Source: Eledone cirrhosa
Lineage: Eukaryota
Length of the DNA stretch: 64,000 bases
Assembly: GCA_964016885.1 (NCBI GenBank)
Contig: OZ024744.1
Span: 10,416,001-10,480,000, forward strand
Direction: 5' to 3'
This document shows, one piece after another, positions 55,701 to 64,000 of the stretch. A program made the position numbers and the translations under genes. Numbering within the stretch: position 1 is the stretch's first letter; each line of letters begins with the position of its first letter. The notes under the pieces were generated by a model that saw nothing but the letters and a program-made list of their open reading frames with translations, was not told where the DNA came from and made no database searches.

Positions 55701-58700
55701 CCAATATGTTGTGCTGTTGTACTCCAATGTGTTATGTTGTTATACTCCAATATGTTGTGCTGTGATACTCCAATATGTTGTGTTGTTGTACTCCAATCTG
55801 TTGTGTTGTTATACTCCAATATGTTGTGTTGTTATACTCCAATATGTTATGTTGTTTTACTCCAATATGTTGTGTTGTTGTACTCCAATATGTTGTGTTG
55901 TTGTACTCCAATATGTTGTGTTGTTGTAATCCAATATGTTGTGTTGTTATACTCCAATATGTTGTGTTGTTGTTCTCCAATATGTCGTGATGTTATACTC
56001 CAATATGTTGTGTTATGATACTCCAATATGTTGTGCTGTTGTACTCCAATATGTTGTGTTGTTATACTGCAATATGTAGTGTTGTTATACTCCAATATGT
56101 TGTGTTGTTGTACTCCAATCTGTTGTGTTGTTATACTCCAATATGTTGTGTTGTTATACTCCAATATGTAGTGTTGTTATACTCCAATATGTTGTGTTGT
56201 TGTACTCCAATCTGTTGTGTTGTTATACTCCAATATGTTGTGTTGTTATACTCCAATATGTTGTGTTGTTTTACTCCAATATGTTGTGTTGCTGTACTCC
56301 AATATGTTGTGTTGTTGTACTCCAATATGTTGTGCTGCTGTACTCCAATATATTGTGTTATACTCCAATATGTTGTGTTGTTGTACTCCAATATGTTGTG
56401 TTGTTGTAATCCAAAATGTTGTGTTGTTATACTCCAATATGTTGTGTTGTAATACTCCAATATGTTGTGCTCCAATATGTTGTGTTATACTCCAATGTGT
56501 TGTGTTCTTGTACTCCAATATGAAGTGTTGTAATACTCCAATATGTAGTGCTGTTGTTATACTCCAATATGTTGTGTTATAATCCAATGTGTTGTGTTGT
56601 TGTACTCCAATCTGTTGTGTTGTTATACTCCAATCTGTTGTGTTGTTATACTGCAATATGTTGTGTTGTTATACTCCAATATGTTGTGTTGTTGTACTCC
56701 AATATGTTGTGTTGTTGTAATCCAATATGTTGTGTTGTTATACTCCAATATGTTGTGTTGTTATACTCCAATATGTTGTGTTGTGATACTCCAATATGTT
56801 GTGCTGTTGTACTCCAATATGTTGAGTTGTTATACTCCAATATGTAGTGTTGTTATACTCCAATATGTTGTGTTGTTGTACTCCAATCTGTTGTGTTATA
56901 CTCCAATATGTTGTGTTGTTATACTCCAATATGTTGTGTTGTTATACTCCAATATGTTGTGTTGTTTTACTCCAATATGTTGTGTTGTTGTACTCCAATA
57001 TGTTGTATTGTTGATCTCCAATAAGTTGTGTTCTTGTACTCCAATATATTGTGTTGTTGTACTCCAATATGTTGTGTTTTTGCAATCCAATATTTAATGT
57101 TGTTGTACTCCAATATGTCTTGTTATATTCCAATATGTCGTGTTGTTGTACTCCAATATGTCATGTTGTTGTACTCCAATATTTCTTGTTGTTGTACCCC
57201 AATATGTCGTGTTGATTATACTCCAATTTTTGTTGCTGTTGTACTCCAATATGTTGTGTTGTTGTACTCCAATATGTTGTGTTGTTGTACTCCAATATGT
57301 TGTGTTGTTATTCTCCAATATGTTGTGCTGTTGTACTCCAATGTGTTATGTTGTTATACTCCAATATGTTGTGCTGTGATACTCCAATATGTTGTGTTGT
57401 TGTACTCCAATCTGTTGTGTTGTTATACTCCAATATGTTGTGTTGTTATACTCCAATATGTTATGTTGTTTTACTCCAATATGTTGTGTTGTTGTACTCC
57501 AATATGTTGTGTTGTTGTACTCCAATATGTTGTGTTGTTGTAATCCAATATCTTGTGTTGTTATACTCCAATATGTTGTGTTGTTGTACTCCAATATGTT
57601 GTGTTGTTGTTCTCCAATATGTCGTGTTGTTATACTCCAATATGTTGTGTTATGATACTCCAATATGTTGTGCTGTTGTACTCCAATATGTTGTGTTGTT
57701 ATACTCCAAGATGTAGTGTTGTTATACTCCAATATGTTGTGTTGTTGTACTCCAATATGTTGTGTTGTTATACTCCAATATGTTGTGTTGTTATACTCCA
57801 ATATGTAGTGTTGTTATACTCCAATATGTTGTGTTGTTGTACTCCAATCTGTTGTGTTGTTATACTCCAATATGTTGTGTTGTTATACCCCAATATGTTG
57901 TGTTGTTTTACTCCAATATGTTGTGTTGCCATACTCCAATATGTTGTGTTGTTGTACTCCAATATGTTGTGCTGCTGTACTCCAATATATTGTGTTATAC
58001 TCCAATATGTTGTGTTGTTGTACTCCAATATGTTGTGTTGTTGTAATCCAAAATGTTGTGTTGTTATACTCCAATATGTTGTGTTGTAAAACTCCAATAT
58101 GTTGTGCTCCAATATGTTGTGTTATACTCCAATGTGTTGTGTTCTTGTACTCCAATATGAAGTGTTGTAATACTCCAATATGTAGTGCTGTTGTTATACT
58201 CCAATATGTTGTGTTATAATCCAATGTGTTGTGTTGTTGTACTCCAATCTGTTGTGTTGTTATACTCCAATCTGTTGTGTTGTTATACTGCAATATGTTG
58301 TGTTGTTATACTCCAATATGTTGTGTTGTTATACTCCAAGATGTTGTGCTGTGATACTCTAATATGTTGTGTTTTTGTACTCCAATATGTTGTGTTGTTG
58401 TACTCCAATATGTTGTGTTGTTATACTCCAAATATGCTGTGCTGTTGTACTCCAATATGTTGTGTTGTACTCCAATATGTTGTGTTGTTGTACTCCAATA
58501 TATCATGTTGTCGTACTCCAATATGTCATGTTATACTCCAATATGTCGTTGTTATACTCCAATATGTCATGTTGCTGTACTCCAATATGTCGTGTTGTTG
58601 TACTCCAATATGTTTTGATGTTGTACTCCAATATGTTGTGTTGTTGTACTCCAATATGTTGTGTTGTTATACTCCAATATGTTGTGCTGTTGTACTCCAA

Positions 58701-61700
58701 TATGTCAGGTTGTTGTACTCCGATATTTCGTGTTGTTCTACTCCAATATTTCATGTTGTTTTACTCCAATATGTCGTGGTGTTGTACTCCACAATGTTGT
58801 GTTGTTGTACTCCAATAGGTTGTGTTGCTGTACTCCAATATGTTGTGTTGTTGTTCTCCAATATGTCGTGTTGTTATACTCCAATATGTTGTGTTATTGT
58901 ACTCCAATATGTTGTGTTGTTATACTCCAATATGCTGTGCTGTTGTACTCCAATATGTTATGTTATACTCCAATATGTTGTGTTGTTGTACTCCAATATA
59001 TCATGTTGTCGTACTCCAATATGTCATGTTATACTCCAATATGTCGTTGTTATACTCCAATATGTCGTGTTGCTGTACTCCAATATGCCGCGCTGTTGTA
59101 CTCCAATATGTTTTGATGTTGTACTCCAATATGTTGTGTTGTTGTACTCCAATATGTTGTGTTGTTGTACTCCAATATGTTGTGTTGTTATATTCCAATA
59201 TGTTGTGCTGTTGTACTCCAATATGTCAGGTTGTTGTACTCCGATATTTCGTGTTGTTCTACTCCAATATTTCGTGTTGTTTTACTCCAATACGTCGTGG
59301 TGTTGTACTCCAATATGTTTTGATGTTGTACTCCAATATGTCGTGTTGTTGTACTCCAATATGTTGTGTTGTTGAACTCCAATATGCTGTGTTGTTATAC
59401 TCCTAAATGTTGTGTTGTTGTACTCCAATATGTTGTGTTGTACTCCAATATGTTGTGTTGTTACACTCCACAATGTTGTGTTGTTGTACTCCAAAATGTG
59501 ATGTTGTTGTACTCCAATATGTCGTATTGTTGTACTCCAATATGTTGTGTTGTTATACTCCAATATTTCGTGTTGTTTTACTCCAATATGTCATGTTGTT
59601 GTACTCCAATATTTCGTGTTGTTGTACTCCAATATGTCATGGTGTTGTACTTCAATATGTCGTATTGTTGTACTCCAGTATGTTGTGTTGTTGTTCTCCA
59701 ATATGTCGTGTTGTTATACTCCAATATGTTATGATGTTGTACTCCAATATATTGTGTTGTTGTACTCCAATATGTTGTGTTGTTATACTCCAATATGTTG
59801 TGTTATTTTACTCCAATATGTTGTGTTGTTGTATTCCAATATGTTGTGTTGTTGTACTCCAATATGTTGTGTTGTTGTACTCCAATATGTTGTGTTGTTG
59901 TAATCCAATATCTTGTGTTGTTGTTCTCCAATATGTTGTGTTGTTATACTCCAATATGTCGTGTTGTGATACTCCAATATGTTGTGCTGTTGTACTCCAA
60001 TATGTGTTGTTGTTGTACTCCAATATGTTGCGTTGTTGTACTCCAATATATCATGTTGTCGTACTCCAATATGTCATGTTATACTCCAATATGTTTTGAT
60101 GCTGTACTCCAATATGTTGTGTTGTTGTACTACAATATGTTGTGTTGTTGAACTCCAATATGTTGTTTTTTGTACTCCAATATGTCATGTTGTTGTACTC
60201 CAGTATGTCTTGTTATACTCCAATATGTCGTGTTGCTGTACTCCAATATGTCATGATGTTGTACTCCAATATGTTTTGCTGTTGTACTCCAATATGTTGT
60301 GTTGCTGTACTCCAATATGTTGTGTTGTTGTACTCCAATATGTTGTGTTGTTGTAATCCAATATCTTGTGTTGTTATACTCCAATATGTTGTGTTGTTAT
60401 ACTCCAATATGTTGTGTTGTGATACTCCAATATGTTGTGCTGTTGTACTCCAATATGTTGAGTTGTTATACTCCAATATGTAGTGTTGTTATACTCCAAT
60501 ATGTTGTGTTGTTGTACTCCAATCTGTTGTGTTATACTCCAATATGTTGTGTTGTTATACTCCAATATGTTGTGTTGTTATACTCCAATATGTTGTGTTG
60601 TTTTACTCCAATATGTTGTGTTGTTGTACTCCAATATGTTATATTGTTGATCTCCAATAAGTTGTGTTCTTGTACTCCAATATATTGTGTTGTTGTACTC
60701 CAATATGTTGTGTTTTTGCAATCCAATATTTAATGTTGTTGTACTCCAATATGTCTTGTTATATTCCAATATGTCGTGTTGTTGTACTCCAATATGTCAT
60801 GTTGTTGTACTCCAATATTTCTTGTTGTTGTACCCCAATATGTCGTGTTGATTATACTCCAATTTTTGTTGCTGTTGTACTCCAATATGTTGTGTTGTTG
60901 TACTCCAATATGTTGTGTTGTTGTACTCCAATATGTTGTGTTGTTATTCTCCAATATGTTGTGCTGTTGTACTCCAATGTGTTATGTTGTTATACTCCAA
61001 TATGTTGTGCTGTGATACTCCAATATGTTGTGTTGTTGTACTCCAATCTGTTGTGTTGTTATACTCCAATATGTTGTGTTGTTATACTCCAATATGTTAT
61101 GTTGTTTTACTCCAATATGTTGTGTTGTTGTACTCCAATATGTTGTGTTGTTGTACTCCAATATGTTGTGTTGTTGTAATCCAATATCTTGTGTTGTTAT
61201 ACTCCAATATCTTGTGTTGTTGTACTCCAATATGTTGTGTTGTTGTTCTCCAATATGTCGTGTTGTTATACTCCAATATGTTGTGTTATGATACTCCAAT
61301 ATGTTGTGCTGTTGTACTCCAATATGTTGTGTTGTTATACTCCAAGATGTAGTGTTGTTATACTCCAATATGTTGTGTTGTTGTACTCCAATATGTTGTG
61401 TTGTTATACTCCAATATGTTGTGTTGTTATACTCCAATATGTTGTGTTGTTATACTCCAATATGTTGTGTTGTTGTACTCCAATCTGTTGTGTTGTTATA
61501 CTCCAATATGTTGTGTTGTTATACCCCAATATGTTGTGTTGTTTTACTCCAATATGTTGTGTTGCCATACTCCAATATGTTGTGTTGTTGTACTCCAATA
61601 TGTTGTGCTGCTGTACTCCAATATATTGTGTTATACTCCAATATGTTGTGTTGTTGTACTCCAATATGTTGTGTTGTTGTAATCCAAAATGTTGTGTTGT

Positions 61701-64000
61701 TATACTCCAATATGTTGTGTTGTAAAACTCCAATATGTTGTGCTCCAATATGTTGTGTTATACTCCAATGTGTTGTGTTCTTGTACTCCAATATGAAGTG
61801 TTGTAATACTCCAATATGTAGTGCTGTTGTTATACTCCAATATGTTGTGTTATAATCCAATGTGTTGTGTTGTTGTACTCCAATCTGTTGTGTTGTTATA
61901 CTCCAATCTGTTGTGTTGTTATACTGCAATATGTTGTGTTGTTATACTCCAATATGTTGTGTTGTTATACTCCAAGATGTTGTGCTGTGATACTCTAATA
62001 TGTTGTGTTTTTGTACTCCAATATGTTGTGTTGTTGTACTCCAATATGTTGTGTTGTTGTAATCCAATATATTGTGCTGTTATACTCCAATATGTTGTGT
62101 TGTTGTACTCCAATATGTTGTGTTGTTATACTCCAATATGTTGTGTTGTGATACTCCAAAGTGTTGTGCTGTTGTACTCCAATATGTTGTGTTGTTTTAC
62201 TCCAATAGGTTGCGTTGTTGTACTCCAATCTGTTGTGTTGTTATACTCCAAAATGTTATGTTGTTATACTCCAATATGGTGTGTTGTTTTACTCCAATAT
62301 GTTGTGTTGTTGCAATCCAATATGTTTGTGTTGTTTTACTCCAATATGTTGTGTTGTTATACTCAAATATGTTGTGTTGTTGTACTCCAATATGGTGTGT
62401 TGTTGTACTCCAATATGTTGTGTTGTTGTACTCCAATATGTTGTGTTGTTATACTCCAATATGTTGTGTTGGTGTACTCCAATATGTCGTGCTGTTGAAC
62501 TCCAAATCTCGTGTTGTTATACTCCAATTTGTTGTGTTGTTATACTCCAATATGTTGTGTTGTTGTACTCCAATATGTTGTGTTGTTGTACTCCAATATG
62601 TTGTGTTGTTGTACTCCAATATGTTGTGTTGTTGTACTCCAATATGTCATGTTATACTCCAATATGTCATGTTGTTTTACTCCAATATGTTGTGTTGTTG
62701 CACTCCAATATGTCGTGTTGTTGTACTCCAATATGTTGTGTTGTTGTACTCCAATATGTTGTGTTGTTATACTCCAATATGCTGTGCTGTTGTACTCCAA
62801 TATGTTGTGTTGTACTCCAATATGTTGTGTTGTTGTACTCCAATATATCATGTTGTCGTACTCCAATATGTCATGTTATACTCCAATATGTCGTTGTTAT
62901 ACTCCAATATGTCATGTTGCTGTACTCCAATATGTCGTGTTGTTGTACTCCAATATGTTTTGATGTTGTATTCCAATATGTTGTGTTGTTGTACTCCAAT
63001 ATGTTGTGTTGTTATACTCCAATATGTTGTGCTGTTGTACTCCAATATGTCAGGTTGTTGTACTCCGATATTTCGTGTTGTTCTACTCCAATATTTCATG
63101 TTGTTTTACTCCAATATGTCGTGGTGTTGTACTCCAATATGTTTTGATGTTGTACTCCAATATGTCGTGTTGTTGTACTCCAATATGTTGTGTTGTTGAA
63201 CTCCAATATGCTGTGTTGTTATACTCCTATATGTTGTGTTGTTGTACTCCAATATGTTGTGTTGTACTCCAATATGTTGTGTTGTTATACTCCACAATGT
63301 TGTGTTGTTGTACTCCAATAGGTTGTGTTGTTGTACTCCAATATGTGATGTTGTTGTACTCCAATATGTCGTATTGTTGTACTCCAATATGTTGTGTTGT
63401 TATACTCCAATATTTCGTGTTGTTTTACTCCAATATGTCATGTTGTTGTACTCCAATATCTCGTGTTGTTGTACTCCAATATGTCATGGTGTTCTACTTC
63501 AATATGTCGTATTGTTGTACTCCAATATGTTGTGTTGTTGTTCTCCAATATGTCGTGTTGTTATACTCCAATATGTTATGATGTTGTACTCCAATATATT
63601 GTGTTGTTGTACTCCAATATGTTGTGCTGTTGTACTCCAATGTGTTATGTTGTTATACTCCAATATGTTGTGCTGTGATACTCCAATATGTTGTGTTGTT
63701 GTACTCCAATCTGTTGTGTTGTTATACTCCAATATGTTGTGTTGTTATACTCCAATATGTTATGTTGTTTTACTCCAATATGTTGTGTTGTTGTACTCCA
63801 ATATGTTGTGTTGTTGTACTCCAATATGTTGTGTTGTTGTAATCCAATATGTTGTGTTGTTATACTCCAATATGTTGTGTTGTTGTTCTCCAATATGTCG
63901 TGATGTTATACTCCAATATGTTGTGTTATGATACTCCAATATGTTGTGCTGTTGTACTCCAATATGTTGTGTTGTTATACTGCAATATGTAGTGTTGTTA
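37770..64000 (+). repeat. ~37.8-kb higher-order repeat, copy 2 (partial, equivalent to 1-26188)
   Basis: Rare markers recur at +37812: AAAAGGTCATATTATTG at ~6592 and ~44404, again at ~17027 and ~54839; CCAAATATGCTG at ~20616 and ~58428. ORF translations are nearly identical. Confidence 0.97.

Larger units (their letters stand above)
1..64000 (+). repeat. 23-bp tandem satellite array, consensus ACTCCAATATGTTGTGTTGTT(G/A)T, roughly 2,800 monomers, running off both window ends
   Basis: The CTCCAAT core recurs about every 23 bp from start to end, e.g. consecutive perfect copies at 8874-8965. The consensus has 11 T, 5 G, 4 A and 3 C. No unique sequence and no orientation switch were seen. Confidence 0.99.

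Noticed and set aside
1-64000. Hundreds of Cys/Val/Leu-rich and Thr/Asn/Gln-rich ORFs as real genes (metallothionein-, keratin-associated- or mucin-like)
   Set aside because: They overlap in all six frames with the same cyclic peptide. The period of 23 is not a multiple of 3, frameshifting indels are frequent, and there are no unique domains.
1-64000. CRISPR array (23 bp is near the lower limit of repeat length)
   Set aside because: Monomers abut directly with no unique spacers, the variable parts are point variants of one consensus, and no leader or cas genes are present.
1-64000. Telomerase-synthesized telomere tract
   Set aside because: Complex variant patterns are copied over kilobases, which indicates DNA-level duplication rather than templated addition. 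The monomer also lacks G-runs.
1-64000. CCAAT boxes and TATA-like TTATAC as promoters
   Set aside because: They are intrinsic to the monomer and have no downstream gene, so no individual promoter call can be supported.
1-64000. Fungal RIP as the cause of TG>TA variants
   Set aside because: Most TG/CA dinucleotides remain intact, the change is concentrated at one monomer position, and the differences found between the two giant copies are transversions.
1-64000. Sequencing artifact or low-quality simple repeat
   Set aside because: Rare variants recur in identical order across many paralogous modules, which random error would not produce. Only the copy number of the giant unit still needs validation.

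Overview
The whole 64 kb window is one uninterrupted, head-to-tail satellite array of a 23-bp monomer, consensus ACTCCAATATGTTGTGTTGTT(G/A)T, about 2,800 monomers by division, all in one orientation. I see no genes, RNA genes, transposon insertions, inversions or CRISPR spacers. Every ORF in the track is a by-product of a monomer that contains no stop codon. The real information is in the order of variant monomers, which shows nested duplication: 41-207 bp mini-duplications, ~0.9 and ~1.6 kb modules, ~6-10 kb blocks, and a ~37.8 kb higher-order repeat. Positions 1-26188 recur at 37770-64000, and I found only 5 substitutions and 2 whole-monomer insertions between the copies. The variants also carry an apparent CpG-deamination signature. 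The host organism and the function (centromeric, pericentromeric or subtelomeric) cannot be determined from the sequence. I found no protein-coding system; the best candidate for novelty is the giant nested higher-order repeat built from a very short monomer.
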